The notes under the pieces are model-generated. The model did no database searches. It was not told where the DNA came from and saw only the letters and a program-made list of their open reading frames with translations. A DNA stretch of 48,841 nt from Acidimicrobium ferrooxidans DSM 10331. GTDB taxonomy: Bacteria; Actinomycetota; Acidimicrobiia; Acidimicrobiales; Ilumatobacteraceae. The translations under genes and the position numbers were made by a program. Positions 8,089 through 17,154 of the stretch are shown here, in pieces; positions within the stretch are counted from its first letter, which is position 1, and each line of letters opens with the position of its first letter. The stretch is from NCBI GenBank assembly GCA_945865395.1, contig CAMBDT010000001.1, positions 1 through 48,841 on the forward strand, written 5' to 3'.

Positions 8089-8487
8089 TTATTGCAAGAT
8101 ACATGTCTCGCCATGGGCGACGAGGAACCAATCTGTAAGTTCGAGACCAGCATCTTGACAGCGGTTCTTGGCCATAAAAAACTGTGATGCGTCGGTTGCA
8201 TCTCGACCGGCGCCTTGTCGCGAGCTGAGCAGACAAATTTTTGTCGCCGAGTCGATGCTGATTGCCGCACCGATGATGCGTTCGATTATTTGGGTGAGTT
8301 TGAGTTTTGAGTCGAACGCAAAAATGCCGACGCCACGTTGCCGCTGATCGCAGCACATCGCAATTGTTTCGTGGCGCAGGGGCCGCGAAAGTGCAAGTGC
8401 GAACACGCTGATTTTCTCTGAAAGGGTCGTGATTGGGTCGAGTTGTGCTCTTGGCACATCTGATAGAGGTGTGATTGTGTGAAGCAT
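8089..8487 (-). CDS. hypothetical protein (possibly a degenerate RadC/JAB-like fold)
   Basis: Track ORF 8089-8556. I prefer ATG 8485-8487 (MLHTITPLS...), which avoids overlap with the rhomboid gene. No catalytic motif is recognisable. The layout ICLLSSRQG...ELTDWFLV loosely recalls the JAB HNHPSG...DHIIV arrangement. Confidence 0.35.
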   Translation of the reverse strand: MLHTITPLSDVPRAQLDPITTLSEKISVFALALSRPLRHETIAMCCDQRQRGVGIFAFDSKLKLTQIIERIIGAAISIDSATKICLLSSRQGAGRDATDASQFFMAKNRCQDAGLELTDWFLVAHGETCILQ

Positions 8488-8510
8488 GTGCTCACAGTAA
8501 CTAGTGGGTG

Positions 8511-9278
8511 TTACGCGTTTACGAAAGTCACCGCCAGATAAATCAACCCGAGACAAATTGCAATTGGTCCGACGATTTCAAGAAACTTCGAAACAATTTT
8601 GTTGCTCGGGTTCAACAAGAACAAACTGCAGATCGCGCCAGTGATGGCGCCGCCGAAATGGCCACCAACTGAGATGCCTGGTATTACGAGAGTGATCACG
8701 ATGTTCAGCACGAAAGTCGTGCCGATGCCCGTTCGCATCGGGTTGATTCGGTCGTGTCGAAGTCCAACGACTGCTGCTGCCATGAGACCAAATACGGCAC
8801 CAGATGCGCCGCCCGTTATTGCATCGGGGCTGATTACCAGCGCACCGATTGATCCGCCCAATAAAGATGTCAGATAAAGCAAGCCAAATCGCAGCGAGCC
8901 GATTTTTTGCTCAAATAACTGTCCGAGTTGAAATGCCAAAAGCATGTTCATCGCCACATGAAAGAGGCCAAAGTGCACGAAGCCGCAACTGATGAGTCGG
9001 TACCATTCGCCTTGTTCTAAAAATTGTCGCGAGATGACGAAATTTATTGATGTCTGTTCGAAACCCGAAAGCGACATCCAGAGATACAGCCCGACATTGA
9101 TCGACACGATTGCGTTTGTGACTGGTGTCTTGTTGCCTGATCGACGGAAGTTTGGTCGAGTGGGTTTGTCTGGTCGCAAGCGACGTGATCGTTGCGGTGC
9201 TGATTGTGATGCTGATTGCGGCGCCGATTGTTGCGCGCGAGGCAACGGTGGCGGAAGTTGTGGCGGTGGAAAACTCAC
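8511..9278 (-). CDS. rhomboid family intramembrane serine protease
   Basis: HFGLFHVAMNM, GASGAVFGLMAA (GxSG) and GGHFGGAITG (catalytic His helix). GTG start 4 nt after the fcl stop. Confidence 0.85.
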   Translation of the reverse strand: MSFPPPQLPPPLPRAQQSAPQSASQSAPQRSRRLRPDKPTRPNFRRSGNKTPVTNAIVSINVGLYLWMSLSGFEQTSINFVISRQFLEQGEWYRLISCGFVHFGLFHVAMNMLLAFQLGQLFEQKIGSLRFGLLYLTSLLGGSIGALVISPDAITGGASGAVFGLMAAAVVGLRHDRINPMRTGIGTTFVLNIVITLVIPGISVGGHFGGAITGAICSLFLLNPSNKIVSKFLEIVGPIAICLGLIYLAVTFVNA

Positions 9279-9282
9279 GAAA

Positions 9283-10260
9283 TTATGCGGGCAAAGTTAG
9301 AGCTTCTTGGCGGTTGGCAAGAAACCATTTCACGGTTTCGTGCAGGCCGTCTTCGAAGTCGGTTGATGCGTGCCACCCAAGTTCACGCTCGGCACGAGAG
9401 GCATCTACTCGGCGGCGAGGTTGGCCATCTGGGCGAGAAGAGTCCCAAACGAGTCTGCCCGAAAACCCAACGATGCGAGCAATCGATTCGGCGGTTTCAC
9501 GAATTGTGATTTCGCGATTGTTGCCCAAATTGAGAGGCTCGGTTGAGTCGTGTAATTCGCTGGCGAGCAAAATTGCGCGTGCGGCATCTTTGACAAATAA
9601 ATAGTCGCGACTGGCCGAACCCGTGCCCCAAACATCGATCTTGTCGAGCCCTTGTTCTTTGGCTTCGACACATTTTTTGATCAGCGCCGGAATTACATGC
9701 GAGACATCAGGATGAAACTTGTCGCCTGGGCCAAACAAATTTGTCGGTATCAAGAATGCAAACTTCTGACCATATTGTTGGGCGTTTACTTGAGCATGCA
9801 CCAGCAGGGCTTTTTTGGCGATGCCGTATGGCGCATTCGTTTCTTCGGGGTAGCCGTCCCAGATTGATTCTTCGCGAAATGGCACAGGTGTGAACTTCGG
9901 ATAGCTGCAAACAGTGCCGAGCAAAATTGTTTTTTCAACTCCGGCGAGTCGCGCGGCTTCAATCGTCTGAGTGCCCATCAACAGGTTGTCGAGGTAGAGA
10001 GGCGCTGGTGCAACTTGGTTGTAGCCGATGCCACCGACTCGTGCCGCCAAATGCACGACGTGGCTTGGTTTGTGTTTTTTAAATAGTTCGAGAGCAACAC
10101 CAGGAATTGTCAGGTCGGCTTGCTTGTGAGTTGGGGTGATAACCGTTGCGCCTGTGCTTGTAAATGCTTCGACCACATTGCGACCGAGAAAACCATTGCC
10201 ACCCGTAACTAACACGGTGCGGTTTTTCCAAAATGTCGGTGACGAAGTTTTCACGCTCAT
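9283..10260 (-). CDS. fcl: GDP-L-fucose synthase (GDP-4-keto-6-deoxymannose 3,5-epimerase/4-reductase)
   Basis: SDR Rossmann motif VLVTGGNGFLGRNV and YxxxK (APYGIAKK). The length fits from ATG 10258-10260 (MSVKTSS...). The longer track ORF to 10398 would invade the divergent promoter region. Confidence 0.75.
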   Translation of the reverse strand: MSVKTSSPTFWKNRTVLVTGGNGFLGRNVVEAFTSTGATVITPTHKQADLTIPGVALELFKKHKPSHVVHLAARVGGIGYNQVAPAPLYLDNLLMGTQTIEAARLAGVEKTILLGTVCSYPKFTPVPFREESIWDGYPEETNAPYGIAKKALLVHAQVNAQQYGQKFAFLIPTNLFGPGDKFHPDVSHVIPALIKKCVEAKEQGLDKIDVWGTGSASRDYLFVKDAARAILLASELHDSTEPLNLGNNREITIRETAESIARIVGFSGRLVWDSSRPDGQPRRRVDASRAERELGWHASTDFEDGLHETVKWFLANRQEALTLPA

Positions 10261-10362
10261 ATTGCTATTTATATCGTACGACCCAGAGCCCCATGCTGGA
10301 GTCGTGCACAGCCGCAAAGGCTTTGCACCAATTATCAAGCCGACGCGGGCAGAATAGAAGGA

Positions 10363-11451
10363 ATGCGTGTGGCCTACTCTTTGGAACAGTGCTGGCATCG
10401 CGTGCCTGGGGGTACTGCGACCGCAGCGATTGAAGTCGCGCGAGTTCTGCCAGGTTTACGCCGCGACATTGAACTCGTGGGTTTTGCGGGTCGCCATAAT
10501 GCTGAACCGCAAGGTGCCTATCAGCCGCCGATACCTGTGCAGCAACTGTCGTTAGGCGGGCCAATTCTTTATGAGACTTCGATGCGGTTTGGCTTGCCGA
10601 AAGTCGAGAGCGCGACGGGCACGGTTGATTTGCTGCACTGCACTTCGATAATTCCGTTTGCGACGAACGCAAAAATGGTCGCGACGATTCATGATCTGGC
10701 ATTTTTGAAATATCCACATTTTTTTAGCCGTCGAGGTAATTCGGTGTTTCGACGCAGTCTCAAAATTTTGTTGAAGCGCGCCGATATGTTGCTCTGTTCT
10801 TCGCAGTCGACTCTCGAAGATTGCAGCGAGTTTGGTTTTTCGGGCGACCGATTGCGCCATGTTCCGTTGGGGGTTTTGGCACCGATGGTGATGACCACCC
10901 GCGAGCAGATCAAAACTCGTTATAACTTGCCAGAAAATTACTTGCTGTTTGTGGGCACGCTAGAGCCACGCAAAAATTTGTCACAGTTGATAGCCGCTCT
11001 TGAAACTCTCGGCGATTCGGTGCCCGATCTAGTGGTGGTTGGTGCAACGGGTTGGGGTGATGTATCTGAAAATGTAAGCATGTCGAACGGCGTCAAATCT
11101 CGGGTGCATTTTGCTGGGTTCGTGCAACCGGGTGATCTCGGGGCGATCTATGCATCGGCCGAAGCGCTTTGTTATCCATCGCTGATGGAAGGCTTCGGTC
11201 TGCCGATTCTCGAGGCAATGAGTTATGGCACGCCTGTTGTAACTAGTAAAGGTTCTTCAACCCAAGAAGTTGCGGGCAACGCCGCGGTGTTGGTTGACCC
11301 GCTCGACATTGACAGCATCGCCAATGGAGTGTTGCAGGCGCTGAAGCATAAGTCTGAGTTGTCGCGTCTTGGTCTCGCGCGTGCAAGCGAAATGACCTGG
11401 CAAGCAACCGCGGCAAAAACAGCTGAAGTTTATGAACAGGCAATGCGATGA
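10363..11451 (+). CDS. glycosyltransferase family 4 (GT-B, PimA/RfaG-like)
   Basis: 362 aa with the E-x7-E region EGFGLPILEAMSYGTPVVTS. Confidence 0.8.
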   Translation: MRVAYSLEQCWHRVPGGTATAAIEVARVLPGLRRDIELVGFAGRHNAEPQGAYQPPIPVQQLSLGGPILYETSMRFGLPKVESATGTVDLLHCTSIIPFATNAKMVATIHDLAFLKYPHFFSRRGNSVFRRSLKILLKRADMLLCSSQSTLEDCSEFGFSGDRLRHVPLGVLAPMVMTTREQIKTRYNLPENYLLFVGTLEPRKNLSQLIAALETLGDSVPDLVVVGATGWGDVSENVSMSNGVKSRVHFAGFVQPGDLGAIYASAEALCYPSLMEGFGLPILEAMSYGTPVVTSKGSSTQEVAGNAAVLVDPLDIDSIANGVLQALKHKSELSRLGLARASEMTWQATAAKTAEVYEQAMR

Positions 11452-12557
11452 CAGTTCGTGTCGGTGTCAATTTGTTGTGGCTTCGCACGGGGCAGGTGGG
11501 TGGCTCGCAAGAGTATTTGCTTCGTCAATTAACGGGTCTACATGAAACCGACAACAACGAATTTGATGTGACGCTGTTTGTGCAAGCCGATTTTGCGCAA
11601 CATCACATGCAGATAGCAAAAATGTATAAATGTGTTGAAGCGCCGCGTCATGGAGGCATGCGTTTGTTGCGAGTTTTGCTCGAGCAAACTTGGCTGGCTG
11701 TTAAAGCGCGAAAGTTCGACCTCATGCACCATGGCGGTGGCACGATGCCGCGATTTGCCGGTCGCCGCACAGTGTTGACGATTCACGATGTGCAGTATCT
11801 GTCGTTTCCAGAAAACTTCAGTCGCCTTCGTCTTACTTATCTGAGCAGAGTTGTGCCGCGTTCTGTGGCAAGAGCCTCAATCATCACAACGCCAAGCGAA
11901 TATGTTCGACAAACGCTGATCAACAAGTTCGTGATTTCGCCAGCCAAAGTCAAAGTTGTGAGCCATGGCATTGACGGCCAACTTGGCAAGTCGGCTACGA
12001 GCGAGCAAGAGTTGCGTCGTAGATTGCGACTTGAGAACAAAGATGTATTGTTCTTGCCGGCCGTCACACATCCGCACAAAAACCACAGGTTCTTGTTGCA
12101 ACTGATGAAATTGCATTGGGTCGACAAGAATCTTGTTCTGGTTTGTGCTGGAGGCAAGGGCCGTGGCGAAATCGAATTCATGCGTGAAGTTCGTCGCCTA
12201 AATTTGGACGACCGCGTTGTGCGTCTTGACAGAGTTGTCGACGAAGATCGAGACGGTCTGCTGAAACTTGCCAAGGCGTTGGTGTTTCCGAGTTTGTATG
12301 AAGGGTTTGGTGCCCCGGTTATTGAAGCGATGCAACTTGAGACACCAGTGATTGCCAGCGATTGTGCCGCATTGCCCGAAATTGTCGGCGACGCAGGGGT
12401 CGTGATGCCGCTCAATCTCAATTTATGGTCGAATGCACTCGACACTGTTGCGTTGAGGCGCGACACGTTGATTGCGGCGGGCAAAGTTCGTGCAGCGAAT
12501 TTTTCGATCGCGAACTCTGGCAAAGACCTAGCCCAGGCGTATAGAGCGGCGATGTGA
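11448..12557 (+). CDS. glycosyltransferase family 4
   Basis: 369 aa with EGFGAPVIEAMQLETPVIASD. ATGA overlap with the previous GT4. Confidence 0.8.
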   Translation: MTVRVGVNLLWLRTGQVGGSQEYLLRQLTGLHETDNNEFDVTLFVQADFAQHHMQIAKMYKCVEAPRHGGMRLLRVLLEQTWLAVKARKFDLMHHGGGTMPRFAGRRTVLTIHDVQYLSFPENFSRLRLTYLSRVVPRSVARASIITTPSEYVRQTLINKFVISPAKVKVVSHGIDGQLGKSATSEQELRRRLRLENKDVLFLPAVTHPHKNHRFLLQLMKLHWVDKNLVLVCAGGKGRGEIEFMREVRRLNLDDRVVRLDRVVDEDRDGLLKLAKALVFPSLYEGFGAPVIEAMQLETPVIASDCAALPEIVGDAGVVMPLNLNLWSNALDTVALRRDTLIAAGKVRAANFSIANSGKDLAQAYRAAM

Positions 12558-13789
12558 TGTCAAAGAAATTGCGACTGATCGTGTTGTGCCCACACTTCGA
12601 GCCTGACATGGCGCCGACCGGTGTGGTGATGACACGAATCGTGCACGAACTAGCCGCACGTGGACACGAGTTGCATGTCGTCACATCGTTGCCGTGGTAT
12701 CGCAAGCATCAAGTTGAGTCTGGTTGGGCAGGCGCCTTGTGGAGAGTCGAGAAAACCAATTGGGGCTCGATCAGTCGAGTGCAGCCGTTTGCAGGCAAGA
12801 CAAAGAGCAATTTATTGCGTAGGGCAGTTGGTTTCGTTTTGTTTAGCTACTTCGTTGGCTTACGCGCACTATTCACGGGCAGATTCTGGCGGCGAGTCGA
12901 CGGCGTATTGGCAATGTCACCACCTCTGACTCTGGGCTTGATCGGTTGGCACACGAAACTCTTTCGCGGTGGCAAACTCGTGTTCAATATTCAAGATGTG
13001 TTTCCTGACGCGGCAATTGAGACTGGGGCAATTTCAAACCAACGAGTGATCGCCGCAGCGTCTTGGCTTGAACGCGTCAGTTATCAACGATCTGATTCGG
13101 TCGTGCTGTTGTCAGATGATCTAGCCAACAACGTGCAACGCAAACTTGAACAGAAGTTTCATAAGCGCATCAAGGTGATTCCAAATTTTGTCGACACGCA
13201 GGCCATCGTGCCGATGTCGCGACTAACTAATTATCGTCGCGAACTTGGCATTGACGAATCATTGGTCGTGATGTATGCCGGAAACGTGGGTTTTTCGCAG
13301 TCGCTAGAACTGTTGCTTGAAGCGGCTCGAGTCTTGCCAGAAGTCATGTTCGTGATCAACGGCGAAGGTGCGGCGCGAAATTCTCTCGAAGCTAAGGCGA
13401 GCACGCTTAACAACGTCAAATTCGGCGACTACCAAGATGTTTCGCGCCTGAGCGAAGTGTTGGCAACCGGCGATCTGCATGTTGTGCCGTTGCGTCGCGG
13501 ACTCGGCTCGGTAAGCGTGCCGTCGAAAACATATTCGATACTTGCTGCGGGGCGACCGATTTGTGCGGCGATTGATCTAGACACCGAGGTGCCTCGAATT
13601 TTGGCAGCGGCGAAGGCCGGAGTTTGCGTCGAGCCAGATAATCAACAGGCGTTTGTATCCGCAATTAAAGCCATGACTCTTGACCGTAAAAATCTTGAAG
13701 AAATGGGGGCGAACGGGCGAAAATGGGTTGAAGGCCACGCTTCGCCTCAGTCGGTTGCGCAACGTTACGAAGCCTTGTATACGCGATAA
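12554..13789 (+). CDS. glycosyltransferase family 4, WcaI/WbuB-like
   Basis: 411 aa. The N-terminus LRLIVLCPHFEPDMAPTGVVMTRIVHELAARGHELHVVT is typical of the GT4 N-terminal domain. Its start overlaps the previous stop. Confidence 0.75.
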   Translation: MMSKKLRLIVLCPHFEPDMAPTGVVMTRIVHELAARGHELHVVTSLPWYRKHQVESGWAGALWRVEKTNWGSISRVQPFAGKTKSNLLRRAVGFVLFSYFVGLRALFTGRFWRRVDGVLAMSPPLTLGLIGWHTKLFRGGKLVFNIQDVFPDAAIETGAISNQRVIAAASWLERVSYQRSDSVVLLSDDLANNVQRKLEQKFHKRIKVIPNFVDTQAIVPMSRLTNYRRELGIDESLVVMYAGNVGFSQSLELLLEAARVLPEVMFVINGEGAARNSLEAKASTLNNVKFGDYQDVSRLSEVLATGDLHVVPLRRGLGSVSVPSKTYSILAAGRPICAAIDLDTEVPRILAAAKAGVCVEPDNQQAFVSAIKAMTLDRKNLEEMGANGRKWVEGHASPQSVAQRYEALYTR

Positions 13790-13803
13790 GCCTGTAGCAT
13801 TTC

Positions 13804-14478
13804 TTGTTCGTGGCTACCTCATCTTCAGCGAAAAAAATCGCCCGTTTGGCTCAAGCCAGCAAGAACCGCAAGGGTCGCAAGGTTCGGATGCAAGGCGGTT
13901 CGTTGTTTCCGACGGTTATTTTCGTCGTCTGTGTGCTCGGTGTTGCACTAATCGCCTATGCCCGCCAGAGCCAAGAGCGAGTTAGCGCGCTCGATACCGC
14001 GACGCAGAACTACTACACGGCGTTTGGCATTTATAAGTGCGATACGTTCATCGAAAATTTGCCAGCCGCAGCCGACCTTGCCGATATTTCGAGTGTCAAG
14101 CCTGGCGCATTTATCGAGTCGGCTGGTGTCGTGCGTTGGGAGCCGCAAGTTTTGTCGGGTGAGCGACGCGCGAAGCTCGAAACAATTTTTGAACTTTACG
14201 GTTTGAAGGTGACGAATGATTCGATTCAGTTTCCAGACTCGTTGAACGGCGGCGAACTAATTAGCGAAGCCGATACGAAGTGTGGCGATAAGGCTGCGAA
14301 TTTGCAAGTAGTCGTTTGGGATTCAAAAGTTTCATCGCCAAAAATTTCGATTGCTGATCTCGGCAATGTGCGTCTGACTGGCAACGGCATGGCGATTACT
14401 TTGGCTTTTATCGCCAAAGACGTCGAGGTGCCACAGCCAATCACAATTACAGACCTTGATCCGTTGATTACTGGTTAA
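13804..14478 (+). CDS. hypothetical signal-anchored extracytoplasmic protein
   Basis: 224 aa, TTG start. A basic N-terminus (AKKIARLAQASKNRKGRKVRMQGG) is followed by one TM helix (FPTVIFVVCVLGVALIAY) and a soluble domain. No family recognised. Confidence 0.45.
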   Translation: MFVATSSSAKKIARLAQASKNRKGRKVRMQGGSLFPTVIFVVCVLGVALIAYARQSQERVSALDTATQNYYTAFGIYKCDTFIENLPAAADLADISSVKPGAFIESAGVVRWEPQVLSGERRAKLETIFELYGLKVTNDSIQFPDSLNGGELISEADTKCGDKAANLQVVVWDSKVSSPKISIADLGNVRLTGNGMAITLAFIAKDVEVPQPITITDLDPLITG

Positions 14479-14506
14479 CACCAAAAAAATTGAGGTAAAT
14501 CTACAA

Positions 14507-15511
14507 ATGCACGCAGTCGTGCTAGTTGGTGGTTTTGGCACACGGTTGCGACCGTTGACGATGGCCACACCAAAGCCGCTTCTGCCGATTGTGAACCTGC
14601 CGCTACTTGAACGACTGATGGCGTCGCTGGCTCGCGGTGGTGTAACCGATGCTGTGTTGTCGCTGGGTTTCAAACCCGAACCGTTCTTGAATGCGTTTCC
14701 GTCGAATGTTTGTGCGGGTGTCAAATTGACTTATGCAGTCGAAGATCGACCACTAGATACGGCTGGTGCGATTGGTTTTGCCGCGCGCCATGCCGAGATT
14801 CATAAGCGTGGTGAGACTTTTCTTGTCGCCAACGGTGATGTGCTGACAGATCTTGATATCGCAGCATTGATTTCGTTTCACAAATCAACTGGGGCACAAG
14901 CAACAATTCATTTGACGCCAGTCGAAGACCCCTCGCAATACGGTGTCGTCGAGACAGACTCGCTAGGCAAGGTGCTTCGTTTTGTTGAAAAGCCGTCGCC
15001 CGGTGAGACAACATCGCGCAATGTCAACGGCGGAACATACGTGTTCGAATCTTCGGTGCTTGATCGGATGCCTGGAGTTGCGCCGATGTCGATCGAGCGC
15101 GAGACGTTTCCTGAGTTGGTTAAAGATGGCGAGTTGTTCGGTTATGCGACATCTGATTATTGGATTGATGCAGGACGCCCCGACACATATGTTCGCGCGA
15201 ATATTGAATTATTGCAGCGCAAGAGTATCCATAAAGTTGAAGCAATTAGCTCAATGTCACAAATCGCAAAATCTGCGACCATTTCGCAAAGCGTTGTTGG
15301 TCAAGGTTGCAAAGTGGGCGAGAACTCTCAGATTGTTCGCTCGGTTTTGCTTGCAGGCGCAACTATTGATGACGATGCCGTCGTCGTCGATAGCGCAGTG
15401 ATGGGTCATGTTGGCTCGTTTGCACAGGTCAACGAGTGTCTCATCGGTGTTGACGGTGAGGTCAAATCTGGCGCAGTGCTGCGCGGCGCCAAAGTTCCTG
15501 ATGGGAGTTAA
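14507..15511 (+). CDS. manC: mannose-1-phosphate guanylyltransferase-like NDP-sugar pyrophosphorylase
   Basis: N-terminal signature VLVGGFGTRLRPLT..PKPLLP with a C-terminal left-handed beta-helix-like region. It resembles actinobacterial Rv3264c-type enzymes. Confidence 0.8.
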   Translation: MHAVVLVGGFGTRLRPLTMATPKPLLPIVNLPLLERLMASLARGGVTDAVLSLGFKPEPFLNAFPSNVCAGVKLTYAVEDRPLDTAGAIGFAARHAEIHKRGETFLVANGDVLTDLDIAALISFHKSTGAQATIHLTPVEDPSQYGVVETDSLGKVLRFVEKPSPGETTSRNVNGGTYVFESSVLDRMPGVAPMSIERETFPELVKDGELFGYATSDYWIDAGRPDTYVRANIELLQRKSIHKVEAISSMSQIAKSATISQSVVGQGCKVGENSQIVRSVLLAGATIDDDAVVVDSAVMGHVGSFAQVNECLIGVDGEVKSGAVLRGAKVPDGS

Positions 15512-15520
15512 AAAAACTTA

Positions 15521-16444
15521 ATGGCACAAGTTAACGGTGTGCTTGTATGTGGTGGTGCCGGCTTTATCGGCTCGCACCTGGTTGATCGACTTTTGGCCGA
15601 TGGCCACAGCGTTGAAGTTGTTGACGATCTTTCGGTTGGGTCGCTTGCCAACCTCAGTGCGGCGCGTGCAGCAGGTGGCACGCTGCGCTTTCACCATCTC
15701 GACATTTCAGCACCAGAGTTTTCAGATTTAATTGCATTGCGCCGACCAACGGTGATTTATCACCTCGCACTTTTGCCAACGGGGGCAACTCGCACAAACG
15801 AAATGTTGCGCTCAGCGACGCTGTTGCTCTCGGTGCTTGAGGCGGCGCGAAGATTTGCTGTGAAAAAAGTTGTCGTGGCGTTGCCTGCCGGTTTGCTCTA
15901 CGGCGAAGTGCCAGCGCGACAACTGCCTGTCAAAGAGGGTCGCAAGTCAGACCCGATGGGCGTGGCTCATGTGATGGCAAATACTTTGGTCGATCTGTTG
16001 ACGGTTTACCGCGAAAGTTACGATGTCGAGTTCACCGCTCTGGCGATGACCAATGTTTACGGCTCGCGCCAACGCCCGTCAGATGGTGTCGTCGCGGCAT
16101 TCGCTAGCGCCGTCGTCAATCAAAGCGCGCCAATTATTTGTGGCAACGGTCGTCAAACTCGAGATTTTTTGTTCATTGACGACGCGGTCGACGCTTTGGC
16201 GCGTTCAATCAACAAAGGTGGCGGGCTCGTAATCAACATCGGCACAGGGGTGCAAACAAACATCAAAGACCTGTGGCATCTCGTTGGTCGTGATACGACA
16301 TTGCAAGAGTCATACGAGTCGGCGCGAACAGCCGATCTGCAACGAAACGCAGTGAACACGACTCGTGCAAGAATTCAACTTGGTTGGTCGCATTGGACAA
16401 CCCTTGAAGCAGGAGTTAGCGAGTTGCTTGGACGAACCGTCTAG
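15521..16444 (+). CDS. NAD-dependent epimerase/dehydratase (UDP-glucose 4-epimerase-like SDR)
   Basis: 307 aa with VCGGAGFIGSHLVDRL. Substrate not inferable. Confidence 0.75.
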   Translation: MAQVNGVLVCGGAGFIGSHLVDRLLADGHSVEVVDDLSVGSLANLSAARAAGGTLRFHHLDISAPEFSDLIALRRPTVIYHLALLPTGATRTNEMLRSATLLLSVLEAARRFAVKKVVVALPAGLLYGEVPARQLPVKEGRKSDPMGVAHVMANTLVDLLTVYRESYDVEFTALAMTNVYGSRQRPSDGVVAAFASAVVNQSAPIICGNGRQTRDFLFIDDAVDALARSINKGGGLVINIGTGVQTNIKDLWHLVGRDTTLQESYESARTADLQRNAVNTTRARIQLGWSHWTTLEAGVSELLGRTV

Positions 16445-17154
16445 CGAAATAAATCTTCTTGCGGTGGACGCACGAGTTCGCTGATTTTCGAATCACGAAA
16501 CCATTCGGCATCAACGCCCCGAATTACTGCTACTGGTATGCCAGATGATTTACCCATCACGAGTTCGGCGGCGCTTGCCAACTCATCGGCAACTGCAACT
16601 TCAGTGACTTGCATAATGCGACCCAGTGAGTCGGGTGTGCCGCGCAAGTCGACGACGCCGGCAACGCCAGCGATGCCGATGGCGACATCAGTCAGCCCTT
16701 TGCGCCAAGGTCTACCAAAAGTGTCGCTAACGATGACGCCGACATTGACGCCGAGTTTGGCGCGGATTATGTCTCGAATGCGGCGCGCCGATTTATCGCT
16801 GTCAATCGGCAGGAGAGCCGCGTAACCGCGTTCGATATTCGACAGATCGATGCCGCTATTTGCGCAAACAAAACCATGTTTTGTTTCGGTGATTATCAAA
16901 TCTCCGCGGCGACGTACGATGCGCACCGCTTCTTGTTCGACGAGTTGCTTGTGACTGAGTGGATCAGAAGCATCGATCGGCATAAGCCGACCTTCGGCCT
17001 TTGAGACTATTTTTTGGGTAACGACCAAAACATCGTTATCTAACAACGGCCCATTTGGTTCTTGGCGACAGATGTCGGCGATGACTTCGCCAAGTTGATC
17101 TTTGGCCGAGATCTCGCCAATGCCTTCGACGCCCCAAATTGTCAGTCGGCTCAT
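16441..17154 (-). CDS. cofE: coenzyme F420-0:L-glutamate ligase, single-domain CofE
   Basis: 237 aa with VSDTFGRPWRKGLTDVAIG. 4-nt overlap with cofD. No nitroreductase-like C-terminal domain. Confidence 0.85.
   Translation of the reverse strand: MSRLTIWGVEGIGEISAKDQLGEVIADICRQEPNGPLLDNDVLVVTQKIVSKAEGRLMPIDASDPLSHKQLVEQEAVRIVRRRGDLIITETKHGFVCANSGIDLSNIERGYAALLPIDSDKSARRIRDIIRAKLGVNVGVIVSDTFGRPWRKGLTDVAIGIAGVAGVVDLRGTPDSLGRIMQVTEVAVADELASAAELVMGKSSGIPVAVIRGVDAEWFRDSKISELVRPPQEDLFR

Noticed and set aside
9192-9230. Imperfect 12-bp repeats encoding QSAPQSASQSAPQ at the rhomboid N-terminus
   Set aside because: This is a low-complexity cytoplasmic tail in frame. It is short and imperfect and is not a distinct element.
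11837-12523. Long ORFs antisense to, or out of frame with, annotated genes. Examples: 11837-12523, 21576-22148, 29841-30377, 41053-41706, 42587-43147, 43122-43700, 46862-47470, 9125-9604
   Set aside because: All lie entirely within genes that carry strong family motifs on the other strand or frame. Their translations are low-complexity and Arg/Ser/Cys-rich, typical of shadow ORFs.
15033-15046. A third LexA-like site, GAACATACGTGTTC
   Set aside because: The spacing is GAAC-N6-GTTC rather than N4, the palindrome is imperfect, and it lies inside the manC-like coding region with no promoter context.
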